From Macrostomum lignano (lineage: Eukaryota), in NCBI GenBank assembly GCA_002269645.1, contig NIVC01001165.1, positions 379,491 to 443,490 of the forward strand: a stretch of 64,000 bases of DNA, in the 5' to 3' direction. The notes under the pieces are model-generated. The model was not told where the DNA came from, did no database searches, and worked only from the letters and a program-made list of their open reading frames with translations. The position numbers and the translations under genes were made by a program. This document shows, piece after piece, positions 1 through 12,200 of this stretch (within the stretch, counting starts at the first letter, position 1; each line of letters begins with the position of its first letter).

Positions 1-620
1 ATCCCCAGCCAGTTTATCAGCACATCTGCAATACACCCCATGTGCGCGAATATCCCGTGAGATGAGCCACGCCTCAGGAGACTCTCATGGAATATTGATT
101 AACTATAATAAATTAATTAGCTTAATTAATTCGCATGGACGAGCAGGGATACATGAGTCCTGCGTGACAGCTGGGCCAGGTTAGACAATCTCGTACAGCC
201 CATTTTTTCAATGCGAGGTTAAATTTTCCTACCCAACAGACACAACAGCTGTTTATGAGCAAAAAAGCATCAAAAAGGCTTTTCCTGGGCCTGTTTAAAC
301 ACAGATTCTGCTGATTTTAAAACCGCTTTTAGCTGTCTAAGGATTAAGAAACTGAGCCAAAAGATATACAGAAATTCAAATATCTGTATATGGGAAATCT
401 GAATGCTTCGTCAGAGAATAAAAAGCATTCGTGACTTCTCGATTAAGGGCATGAACTGTTTTGATGTTTTCCATGGGCTCATATTTTCTGTTTATTATTC
501 TCTGAGTGCAATAGTCAGTTCTGTTTGGGCCTGCACTATTCTAGTCAACATGATTATTCCTTACTATCCATATTTATATCCATCCATATCTATTCCATAT
601 CTATCCACGTAAATATATCT

Positions 621-1160
621 CCATCCATCTCCATCCATCTCCATCCATCTCCATCCATCTCCATCCATCTCCATCCATCTCCATCCATCTCCATCCATCT
701 CCATCCATCTCCATCCATCTCCATCCATCTCCATCCATCTCCATCCATCTCCATCCATCTCCATCCATCTCCATCCATCTCCATCCATCTCCATCCATCT
801 CCATCCATCTCCATCCATCTCCATCCATCTCCATCCATCTCCATCCATCTCCATCCATCTCCATCCATCTCCATCCATCTCCATCCATCTCCATCCATCT
901 CCATCCATCTCCATCCATCTCCATCCATCTCCATCCATCTCCATCCATCTCCATCCATCTCCATCCATCTCCATCCATCTCCATCCATCTCCATCCATCT
1001 CCATCCATCTCCATCCATCTCCATCCATCTCCATCCATCTCCATCCATCTCCATCCATCTCCATCCATCTCCATCCATCTCCATCCATCTCCATCCATCT
1101 CCATCCATCTCCATCCATCTCCATCCATCTCCATCCATCTCCATCCATCTCCATCCATCT
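621..1160. repeat. 10-bp tandem repeat (CCATCCATCT)n, about 54 units
   Basis: Near-perfect array read directly; explains the ORFs at 525-1403. Confidence 0.98.
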
Positions 1161-1257
1161 CTCTACCTACGAGCTTATACCCATTTAGATCGCGTTTCTC
1201 AATTATCTTTCTGTATTATAATTAGTATTAGAAACCAAAGTGAACCCCAAAACGCAC

Positions 1258-1393
1258 CTGTGCCGGCCTGCAGCTGGTCGAACACCGGGCCTCGCCGATA
1301 CCGCAGTACCTTCAGTCGCACTGTGCTGCCAGTGCGTTTCAGTAATTCAACCGCCTCGTGGTTGCTCCGGCCGTCTAGGCTTTGGTTGTCAAC
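1258..1393 (-). CDS. MPDZ: Multi-PDZ scaffold exon (C-terminal half of PDZ3)
   Basis: cgcgcag|GTT...ACA G|gtgcgt; translates VDNQSLDGRSNHEAVELLKRTGSTVRLKVLRYRRGPVFDQLQAGT. Phase 0 matches the 4726-4817 exon. MPDZ vs PATJ not resolved. Confidence 0.85.
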
Positions 1394-1770
1394 CTGCGCG
1401 TAGGAAACCCGGGGTGTTGGCGCTTCAAGTTTCGCAATAAATCTTCAGTCCCGCTGCAGTCTATCTCGAGGGAAGAACGCACTGCTGTCTTCAGTTTTTT
1501 AGTATGTTTTGCTCATGCACAGCGTGGCCTGCGCACATCTGGCCCAACCCTGCCGTCCCACCAGCCCAAGTTTCGTTCTGTCTCGCCGTCTGTGCAAACT
1601 GCCGATCTTCGCCATCATTGGCCGGGCAAGGGAGTTCTATATTTTTGAACAGAGAGTCTGGACTGGTTGCGGAGCTCTGACAACTAGCTTTTACCAAATA
1701 AATTTCTGCAGATGTTATTATGATCCGAACGCATTTGAGAATTTAACCATATCCTATGTACAAATTAAAG

Positions 1771-2625
1771 CTGTGGCGTACGAAGGAGTTATAATTTGAG
1801 GAAGGAGCGCCCTTAAGGGGCGCCAATATTTGGTGTCTTAGTGGGTGCTCCACTGTCTCTTGGTGGGCGACCCTGTCTGTTGGTGGGCGCCCCTGTCTAT
1901 TGGTACTGGGCGTCCCTGTCTATTGGTACTAGGCGTCCCTGTCTCTTGGTACTAGGCGTCCCTGTCTATTGGTACTGGGCGTCCCTGTCTATTGGTACTG
2001 GGCGTCTCTGTCTATTGGTACTAGACGTCCCTGTCTATTGGTACTAGGCGTCCCTGTCTATTGGTACTAGGCGTCCCTGTCTCTTGGTACTAGACGTCCC
2101 TGTCTCTTGGTACTAGGCGTCCCTGTCTATTGGTAATTAGGCGTCCCTGTCTCTTGGTACTAGGCGTCCCTGTCTCTTGGTACTAGGCGTCCCTGTCTAT
2201 TGGTAATTAGGCGTCCCTGTCTATTGGTACTGGGCGTCCCTGTCTATTGGTACTGGGCGTCCCTGTCTCTTGGTAATTAGGCATCCCTGTCTATTGGTAC
2301 TAGGCGTCCCTGTCTCTTTGTACTAGACGTCCCTGTCTATTGGTACTAGACGTCCCTGTCTCTTGGTACTAGGCGTCCCTGTCTCTTGGTACTAGGCGTC
2401 CCTGTCTATTGGTAATTAGGCGTCCCTGTCTATTGGTAATTAGGCGTCCCTGTCTTTTGGTTGGCTCCCCTAGCCCCGACTTCTACGTCGGTGGATGCCA
2501 CGTCCAAAAGGTGGCAACAGCTGACACTCCTAACTTTTATCAAACTTGGTTGCGCAAATTTTATTTTACGGCAACTGTGGGAGGAAGCAGACCGCTCGCG
2601 CCACCCGCCTATGCGTACACCACTA
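1771..2625. mobile_element. Non-autonomous hAT-type MITE enclosing a minisatellite
   Basis: Imperfect TIRs CTGTGGCGTACGAA (1771-1784) and TGCGTACACCACTA (2612-2625); flanks AATTAAAG (1763-1770) and AATTAGAG (2626-2633) form an 8-bp TSD with 1 mismatch. Confidence 0.6.
1865..2458. repeat. 23-bp minisatellite GGCGTCCCTGTCTATTGGTACTA
   Basis: 23-bp period verified (2041 vs 2064); about 26 diverged units. Confidence 0.95.
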
Positions 2626-3652
2626 AATTAGAGTAACCTCGTGGGCATTAATTAATGTTTAAGCTGAAAAACATCGCCCTACAGTCCAGATTTCTAACGC
2701 CAGTCTACCCTGGCTAAGACCAATCAAATAATGGGTGAGAGGGGCAGACAGTGTAAGGCCTGCAGTGAATCTGTTTGCAGTCCGGCGCACCCAGAGACCC
2801 AGCGCGGGGCCCAGCTTCTTCTCGTGTGCACACAGAAACAGCAGGCAGGCGAATCAAGCCAAGGAAGGGGGCGCAGAGGCCTCTCAAAGTGTCGAGACTT
2901 TTGCAGCATGGCTTTGGGCGGCAAGGGGATTTTGGGATGAAGATAGGATCGCCAAGCGGCTTGCTTCCTTGGCGCAGATTCCTTTTTCGATCTTGCCGAT
3001 TCCTTCCTTCCTCCTCCCCTTCCTTCGGTTTGTCTTCCCCGCCTGGTCGGGCCGCCACTTGACGAGGCCCAGCGGCTCGTCAAGTTTTCAACTGGGGGCT
3101 CTCGGAAGACTGCTGGAAGAAGAACTGCTTGCTTGAAATATTGTCCATTAAGCTTTTGCCCAAATATTTGATGTAGCTTAGAGGCTGGGGAAACAGTTGA
3201 AACCTCGGAGCTAAAGACGGCTGAAGAAGTCCATGCATGTACTTTGTGAAAATTCTGCCCAGCTGGGCCACTAAAAAGCTAACGATATGTATCGTAGATC
3301 GCTTTATAGCAGGCACTCGTGCGGGTCTAATAATTTCTTTAAAGCAAAATTTTTCCTACTCAAACTCGGCAAGCTTAATTAGCGGATCTGGCTGGCTGGG
3401 AGGCGGAATTAGCAGAAATTCGATCATAATTAAAATTTATACGGATGACTTTTCCATCTCTGTGAGCCCGCCTCTCTCCCTTTGATCGGATTCTTGCTAC
3501 CCTGGCGTCTCATTTTTTACAGATTTTTTTGCAGCCTCTCCTTGCTGCGAGTAATTAGTCCCGGCCTCCACGTATAGGATCTCGAATTCTCAATTTGCTG
3601 AGAGCAGCTTCATCATTAACCTGGCATTCAAAGCGAAATTCGAGCGTGGCGT

Positions 3653-3666
3653 GTCTCCATGGCAAC
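3653..3666. promoter_or_regulatory. Candidate RFX X-box
   Basis: GTCTCCATGGCAAC resembles the RFX palindrome GTTGCCATGGCAAC with one perfect half-site; no TSS evidence. Confidence 0.3.
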
Positions 3667-3680
3667 TGACGGATCCATTC

Positions 3681-4166
<486 letters not shown>

Positions 4167-4725
4167 CCAATAATATTTTTGATCCATCTATCCATATTAT
4201 CGGGTGGTATCCCATATAAGATAGAATTTGCTTTGAATAAAGGGCCTGTTTTTAATTTCCGTTTATCAGCAAGACACTCCGCGGGCTGTTTTTGCCGAGC
4301 TAATCTCAATCGCTCAGCTACCTGAGCTCAAATCGCCTCCCCAGTGTGAAATTAGTGTAGCTGTCGGATAGCAAAATTTCTTTTGAAGTCACGGCAGGCC
4401 CTGCGTGCCCGCATGAGATCCGGTCGTTGCTTTCGCGTGCGCAAACTCCCTGCTCAGGCCGCCAATCTCAAATCCCTCTTCAGTTTCTTTGTCCCACCCC
4501 TGGCGCTTTGTCCCTTCTCCCCTGGCTACAGTTGTTGTCAACTCTCATCCCAGCCCAGCTCATCCGAGCACTTCATTAAACAGACATTTGACCGAAATAA
4601 TGGCGCGTGACACTTGTAGCACTTGTACCGCGTGGAGCTCTGCTTGATTTGACTAACCGCGACCAGCTCTGCTTAACTTGGACTTCTAGATGGAAATTGG
4701 ATTGAGTAAAACTAACTCGGCTCAC

Positions 4726-4817
4726 CTCAACAATTCTGTCGTTTACTTTGAGTCGCCCGTCTCGGCCCGCTGCGCTCTCCTCTGCGACACTCTTCACAAA
4801 AATGCCGTTCACTTTGC
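4726..4817 (-). CDS. MPDZ: Multi-PDZ scaffold exon (middle of PDZ3)
   Basis: ctgcag|GC AAA...GAG|gtgagc; (S)KVNGIFVKSVAEESAAGRDGRLKVNDRIVE. Phase 1 in and phase 0 out, consistent with both neighbours. Confidence 0.88.
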
Positions 4818-4850
4818 CTGCAGTGAGTTGGTTGGGTGAGCTGGCTGATT

Positions 4851-5958
4851 CTCAGGTGACAATGGGACAGTGCTCAGTGTGTTTATTGATGCTGCTCAGG
4901 TGACAATGGGACAGTGCTCAGTGTGTTTATTGATGCTGCTCAGGTGACAATGGGACAGTGCTCAGTTTGTTTATTGATGCTGCTCAGGTGACAATGGGAC
5001 AGTGCTCAGTATGTTTATTGATGCTGCTCAAGTGACAATGGGACAGTGCTCAGTGTGTTTATTGATGCTGCTCAAGTGACAATGGGACACTGCTCAGTGT
5101 GTTTATTGATGCTGCTCAGGTGACAATGGGACAGTGCTCAGTGTGTTTATTGATGCTGCTCAGGTGACAATGGGACAGTGCTCAGTGTGTTTATTGATGC
5201 TGCTCAGGTGACAATGGGACAGTGCTCAGTGTGTTTATTGATGCTGCTCAGGTGACAATGGGACAGTGCTCAGTATGTTTATTGATGCTGCTCAAGTGAC
5301 AATGGGACAGTGCTCAGTGTGTTTATTGATGCTGCTCAAGTGACAATGGGACAGTGCTCAGTGTGTTTATTGATGCTGCTCAGGTGACAATGGGACAGTG
5401 CTCAGTGTGTTTATTGATGCTGCTCAGGTGACAATGGGACAGTGCTCAGTGTGTTTATTGATGCTGCTCAGGTGACAATGGGACAGTGCTCAGTATGTTT
5501 ATTGATGCTGCTCAAGTGACAATGGGACAGTGCTCAGTGTGTTTATTGATGCTGCTCAAGTGACAATGGGACGGTGCTCAGTATGTTTATTGATGCTGCT
5601 CAGGTGACAATGGGACACTGCTCAGTGTGTTTATTGATGCTGCTCAGGTGACAATGGGACAGTGCTCAGTGTGTTTATTGATGCTGCTCAGGTGACAATG
5701 GGACACTGCTCAGTGTGTTTATTGATGCTGCTCAGGTGACAATGGGACAGTGCTCAGTGTGTTTATTGATGCTGCTCAGGTGACAATGGGACACTGCTCA
5801 GTGTGTTTATTGATGCTGCTCAGGTGACAATGGGACACTGCTCAGTGTGTTTATTGATGCTGCTCAGGTGACAATGGGACAGTGCTCAGTATGTTTATTG
5901 ATGCTGCTCAGGTGACAATGGGACAGTGCTCAGTGTGTTTATTGATGCTGCTCAGGTG
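4851..5958. repeat. 44-bp intronic minisatellite, about 25 units
   Basis: Unit CTCAGGTGACAATGGGACAGTGCTCAGTGTGTTTATTGATGCTG; period verified (4851 vs 4895); no spacers. Confidence 0.97.
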
Positions 5959-6002
5959 AGAGTAAGGTATCTACTCAGGTAGCTCGCATCAGCCGCACTC
6001 AC

Positions 6003-6213
6003 TCTCCAGCGTCTCGCCAACGTATCCAGCGATGGTGATGCCCAGACCCTGACTGCCCTTCTCCAGGTCGACCCACAGCACCTCCTCATCGGGTGACAGT
6101 CTGGACATTTCCTGCTCCTTGCTGTCGGCCTGTTCCTCTTCTGCTTCAGCCTGACCGTTGCTTGGCGATGCTTCCGGATTTTCAAAGCAGCTGGCCGGAA
6201 TGTCTTCCGGAGG
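6003..6213 (-). CDS. MPDZ: Multi-PDZ scaffold exon (linker and start of PDZ3)
   Basis: atttcag|CCT CCG...GAG A|gtgagt; PPEDIPASCFENPEAS...VLWVDLEKGSQGLGITIAGYVGETLE. GLGITIAGY is the MPDZ/PATJ PDZ3 carboxylate-binding loop. Confidence 0.88.
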
Positions 6214-6794
6214 CTGAAATACGAGTACACGATGTCCTTGTAAACGACTTCAATAGTGGCCGCCACCGGAAGATTACTGCGGACCACTTTGGGTGATAAG
6301 ATGAAGCAACAAATTCATACTCGATGCGTCAAAGGATCGTTCTATAACGCTCTGACGGGAAAAGTGCAGCCAAACTGACGGCTCAGCATGAAATGGCAAG
6401 ATGGCCAGATGATGGAGATTCGCTTGGCCCAGATTCTCTGAATAATTCCCCGCTCTTCGTCCTCCTCTGGGACTGTCTGATGCCCGCCTCCGCCTTCTCC
6501 CCCCCGGACCCGCTGAATCAGACCGCACAGCTTCTTTTCTCATCTTGCGCTTAAATTCAACTCCATCTCTCCTCTATTTCCCTCAGACCCCCTGTCTCGA
6601 AATCATCCGACTCGACTGTTCAAAAGCAGAAAAAGCTTTCAATTTTGCTTGAATCAGAACCGAGTTTTGCTCTGGGCAGCTCCGCGAATGCTTCTTCCCT
6701 TGCCTGTTGTCAGCTGAGCAGAACTCAGGTTTTGAAACTAATCTTTTTGTTTGAAATCAATAAATCAAAAGCATTAGGATGAGACAGATTTGAA

Positions 6795-7282
6795 TGGGCG
6801 GATTGGGATTGAGCGGACTTAATTGGATGGGGGCGGATTTGGATGGGGGCGGATTTGGATGGGGGCGGATTCGGATGGGGGCGGATTTGGATGGGGGGCG
6901 GATTTGGATGGGGGCGGATTTGGATGGGGCGGATTTGGATGGGGGCGGATTTGGATGGGGGCGGATTTGGATAGGGGCGGATTTGGATGGGGGCGGATTT
7001 GGATGGGGGCGGATTTGGATGGGGGCGGATTCGGATGGGGGCGGATTTGGATGGGGGCGGATTTGGATGGGGGCGGATTTGGATAGGGGCGGATTTGGAT
7101 GGGGGCGGATTTGGATGGGGGCGGATTCGGATAGGGGCGGATTTGGATGGGGCGAATTTGGATGGGGGCGGATTTTGATGGGGGCGGATTTGGATGGGGG
7201 CGGATTTGGATGGGGGCGAATTTGGATGGGGGCGGATTTTGATGGGGGCGGATTTGGATGGGGGCGGATTTGGATGGGGCAG
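6795..7282. repeat. G-rich 16-17-bp minisatellite GGATTTGGATGGGGGC
   Basis: Direct reading; G4-G6 runs in most units. Confidence 0.95.
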
Positions 7283-7314
7283 ATAATGAAGAAATGAAGG
7301 TCGGATTAAGATAG

Positions 7315-8052
7315 ATGGATTAGAAAGGTGTGTATTAGGACGGCGTGTATTAGGACTGTGTGGATTAGAAAGGTGTGGATTAGAAAGGTTTGGATTAGAA
7401 AGGTTTGGATTAGAAAGGTGTGGATTAGAAAGGTGTGGATTAGAAAGGTTTGGATTAGAAAGGTTTGGATTAGAAAGGTTTGGATTAGAAAGGTGTGGAT
7501 TAGAAAGGTTTGGATTAGAAAGGTGTGGATTAGAAAGGTTTGGATTAGAAGGGTTTGGATTAGAAAGGTGTAGATTAGAAAGGTGTGGATTAGAAAGGTG
7601 TGGATTAGAAAGGTTTGGATTAGAAAGGTGTGGATTAGAAAGGTGTGGATTAGAAAGGTGTGGATTAGAAAGGTGTGGATTAGAAAGGTGTGGATTAGAA
7701 AGGTTTGGATTAGAAAGGTTTGGATTAGAAAGGTGTGGATTAGAAAGGTGTGGATTAGAAAGGTGTGGATTAGAAAGGTGTGGATTAGAAAGGTTTGGAT
7801 TAGAAAGGTGTGGATTAGAAAGGTGTGGATTAGAAAGGTGTGGATTAGAAAGGTGTGGATTAGAAAGGTGTGGATTAGAAAGGTGTAGATTAGAAAGGTG
7901 TGGATTAGAAAGGTGTGGATTAGAAAGGTGTGGATTAGAAAGGTGTGGATTAGAAAGGTGTGGATTAGAAAGGTGTAGATTAGAAAGGTGTGGATTAGAA
8001 AGGTGTGGATTAGAAAGGTGTGGATTAGAAAGGTGTGGATTAGAAAGGTGTG
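7315..8052. repeat. 15-bp minisatellite GGATTAGAAAGGTGT
   Basis: Direct reading, about 48 units with GT/TT variants. Confidence 0.97.
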
Positions 8053-8642
8053 TATCGGCAAGGACGCATTGGGAAGGTGCAGTAGTAAAGTGCCTTCCGG
8101 TGATGGCAATATGTTTTATAAAGCAAGGCATCCAATAGTAAATCTCTTCTCAGTGAATTATACAGCTCCCTTGTGTTACTCATAAAAAGCGGCAATTCCC
8201 AAGCGACCTGTGGAGCCGGGGACGGAATCGAGACAGATACAATGGGAAAAAAAGCAGCAGCCTGCTTGCTCAGTACCTGATGAAGCTGCACAGCCTCCGT
8301 CAGCAGATTTTGAGCCGAGCTGTCTGAGCCATCGCAGACTCTGTGGTTGCTGCCGTGATGCGAGGCTGACTCCCGCCGGCTGCTGGCCACGCTGCTTTCC
8401 TAGAAAAAAATCAGATATAAAATGATGTACTTTAGCTACTCGGTTCGGTTGCTGCTACTTTTCTAAGTAGTATGTTTTATTTTTTACGGAATTGTAGGTA
8501 CAAATTTTCTATTCCATTTCTATGCCTTAACTATTAGTAGTGTAGAAATACGTATTGTATTTAATTTTCTTGACTTTATGTTAATGAGAAAATCAGGAAC
8601 GTTGTAAAATCTGCCACTGCATGCGTATCTGTGTGCGTCAGG

Positions 8643-8842
8643 GGACGCATGGACTCATGGACAGTAATGGACGCATGGACTCATGGACAGTAATGGACTG
8701 GACCATGGACTCATGGACAGTAATGGACGCATGGACTCATGGACAGTAATGGACTGGACCATGGACTCATGGACAGTAATGGACGCATGGACTCATGGAC
8801 AGTAATGGACGCATGGACCCATGGACTCTCGGACTCGTGGAC
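8643..8842. repeat. Short 26-31-bp tandem repeat (ATGGACTCATGGACAGTAATGGAC core)
   Basis: About 6-7 units built from an ATGGAC sub-motif. Confidence 0.85.
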
Positions 8843-9080
8843 ATGCAGGGGCAATTGATGCTGCCAGAAGTAGAATACTTATCTAACAACACGCAGTGCT
8901 ACAAAATTTAATGCTTTAAGCTTTTCAGCTTTCAATCCTGTGTACTTAAAATGCGCACATACTACTGGACGCTACTAGTAAGTAGTTAACGTTGAAATAT
9001 TGACGAAGACTAATTTATAACACCAAGCTGCCGTTTTGCAATAGGGTAGCCAGCCTAATTCTCAAGCAGGTCCAACTTAC

Positions 9081-9605
9081 TTGTCCTGCATCCACTGCGC
9101 CTACATCAGCAACAGCTGGGGCAGTCGCTGCCGCAGCCGCAGCTGCCGCTCCTGCTGAGTCGTCCACTGAGGGAGCCTCAGCCTGCTGCTCTTCCTGCTC
9201 CTCCTCCGCTGAAGCTGCAGCGCAAGCGTCCAGCGCGGCAACCAGAGCTTCCAGGTGGGCTTCGAGCTCCCCAGTTGGCACCAGCTGGCAGCAACGGCCG
9301 TCCACTCCGACGGTGCTCTCCGCTGCCGGGTCGTGAATCACCCTGGCCACGACCAGTCTGACTCGATCGCCGCTCTGGCGCAGCACGCTGGCAACCTGCT
9401 CGCTGTTCATGCCGCGAACGCTCACCAGCCCGATGCACAGCAGGTGGTCGCCTGATCGCAGCCGGCCATCCGTGTCCGCCGCGCCACCGGACAGAATCGT
9501 GCGGACAACCACACCGGTGCTCTTGCTGCCGATGATGCCGAAGCCCAAACCGGAGGAGTCGCTGATCAGGTCGATGACCTCGATCTCTGTCCAGTCTGTG
9601 TTCAG
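9081..9605 (-). CDS. MPDZ: Multi-PDZ scaffold exon (complete PDZ2 plus acidic/Ala-rich linker)
   Basis: ttcacag|CTG AAC...CAA|gtaagt; [42 protein letters not shown]...[21 protein letters not shown] closely resembles MPDZ/PATJ PDZ2. 525 nt, phase 0/0. Confidence 0.92.
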
Positions 9606-9612
9606 CTGTGAA

Positions 9613-9758
9613 TTGGTTGGTTGGTTGGTTGGTTGGTTGGTTGGTTGGTTTGTTGGTTGGTTCGTTGGTTGGTTGGTTGGTTGGTTGGTTGGTTGGTTGT
9701 TTGGTTGTTTGGTTGGTTGGTTGGTTGGTTGGTTGGTTGGTTGGTTGGTTGGTTGGTT
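9613..9758. repeat. (GGTT)n microsatellite abutting the PDZ2 exon acceptor
   Basis: Direct reading. Confidence 0.97.
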
Positions 9759-10679
9759 GATTTGTAAGGTCACTCCGCAGCCTAACTAATCCAAAGGTCA
9801 ATCAATATTTGTCTTCAGTCTAAAAAGTTAGCAGCCAATCTTTTCGCTATACAAAACTACATTTTCCAAGTTTGCAACTCAAACTACACAATCAACAAAA
9901 AATGACTGTCGGAAGTTGCCTCCCCCTAATCCGCTCCAATCAGCTTGATTGCTCTACTAACCTCCGTTGTCTGCTTTATAATTCATGTTAGTAAAACTTT
10001 GCACCGGCCATACTGTTAGTCGAGAACAGGGGCAAAGCACAGAACCCATGCCCAATCACGCACTAGCGAATGCCGCTCACCCATTAGCCAGTCTAAGAGC
10101 AGAAATCTAATTGGAAATGTCAATCAGTGCTTGCGGTGAAAAAAAACTGGGCAGGCCCTTTGAAAATGCCTGCAGTTGACAGGCTGGCAGATTTATAGTA
10201 TCTGTCCATGTTTTGGCCCTGCCTGTACTCTCTGCTTGAGTTACTCAGTTCAGCATCGTCCAGCAGTTTGTCCAAAGACAATTAGCAGCACACGGACGGC
10301 TGTACAAGGGACCCCTAAGCCCGAGACGCTAAGCCAGCAGCTCAGCCAAGGTCGGAGCCTCAATTCGTGCGTGCGATTTATGCAAATTTCAACTCTTGCC
10401 AATTTTTTCTCTTGCCAAATTTGAACCGATCCGGCGACTCCACAGAGCCGCGCTGTTCTCACCGCGGTTCTCTGCGATGGACTGACGCGCTCCGCACTTC
10501 ATGCCGACTTTTTAGTTATTTAATCAACTAAGTCAGTAAAAGTGCATTGACCGGATTAGCTTATAGGTCCTACTAGAGCAGGTTCTGATCCATATAGAGT
10601 GCAGAACGCAATAACAGCTGATGCCACTTTAGACACTTTAGAACCGAATGACATTTAATTTTGCACCTGGACTCTAATC

Positions 10680-12200
10680 TGGACTCTAACTTTAACATTT
10701 GGACTCTCACTGTAGCATCTGGACTCTCACTTTAGCATCTGGACTCTCAGTTTAACATCTGGACTGTCACTTTAGCATCTGGACTCTCACTTTAGCATCT
10801 GGACTCTCACTTTAGCATCTGGACTCTCACTTTAGCATCTGGACTCTCACTTTAGCATCTGGACTCTCACTTTAACATCTGGACTCTCACTTTAACATCT
10901 GGACTCTCACTTTAGCATCTGGACTGTCACTTTAGCATCTGGACTCTCAGTTTAACAGCTGGACTCTCACTTTAGCATCTGGACTCTCACTTTAGCATCT
11001 GGACTCTCACTTTAGCATCTGGACTCTCACTTTAGCATCTGGACTCTCACTTTCACATCTGGACTCTCAGTTTAGCATCTGGATTCTCAGTTCAGCATCT
11101 GGACTCTCACTTTAGCATCTGGACTGTCACTTTAGCATCTGGACTCTCACTTTAGCATCTGGACTCTCACTTTAGCATCTGGACTCTCACTTTAGCATCT
11201 GGACTCTCACTTTAACATCTGGACTCTCACTTTCACATCTGGACTCTCACTTTAGCATCTGGACTCTCACTTTAGCATCTGGACTCTCACTTTAGCATCT
11301 GGACTCTCACTTTAGCATCTGGACTCTCACTTTAGCATCTGGACTCTCACTTTAGCATCTGGACTCTCACTTTAACATCTGGACTCTCACTTTAGCATCT
11401 GGACTCTCACTTTAGCATCTGGACTCTCACTTTAGCATCTGGACTCTCAGTTTAACATCTGGACTCTCACTTTAACATCTGGACTCTCACTTTCACATCT
11501 GGACTCTCACTTTAGCATCTGGACTCTCACTTTAGCATCTGGACTCTCAGTTTAACAGCTGGACTCTCACTTTAGCATCTGGACTCTCACTTTAGCATCT
11601 GGACTCTCACTTTAGCATCTGGACTCTCAGTTTAGCATCTGGACTCTCACTTTCACATCTGGACTCTCAGTTTAGCATCTGGATTCTCAGTTCAGCATCT
11701 GGACTCTCACTTTAGCATCTGGACTGTCACTTTAACATCTGGACTCTCACTTTAACATCTGGACTCTCACTTTAGCATCTGGACTCTCACTTTAGCACCT
11801 GGACTCTCACTTTAACATCTGGACTCTCACTTTCACATCTGGACTCTCAGTTTAGCATCTGGACTCTCACTTTAGCATCTGGACTCTCACTTTAGCATCT
11901 GGACTCTCACTTTAGCATATGGACTCTCACTTTAGCATCTGGACTCTCACTTTAGCATCTGGACTCTCACTTTAACATCTGGACTCTCACTTTCACATCT
12001 GGACTCTCACTTTAGCATCTGGACTCTCACTTTAGCATCTGGACTCTCAGTTTAGCATCTGGACTCTCACTTTAGCATCTGGAATCTCACTTTAGCATCT
12101 GGACTCTCACTTTAGCATCTGGACTCTCACTTTCACATCTGGACTCTCATTGGAATACCTGGACTCTCATTTAAACACCTGGACTCTATCCATTGAACTC
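10680..12200. repeat. 20-bp minisatellite GGACTCTCACTTTAGCATCT, about 75 units
   Basis: Exact 20-bp period; internal 600-bp duplication of variant units. Confidence 0.98.

Noticed and set aside
2714-3136. Cluster of overlapping 70-130-aa ORFs
   Set aside because: No domain, no convincing splice context and no preferred frame.
4851-5958. CRISPR-like appearance of the 44-bp array (also the 34-bp array at 21607-22495)
   Set aside because: Units are contiguous with no unique spacers, there are no cas genes, and the context is eukaryotic.
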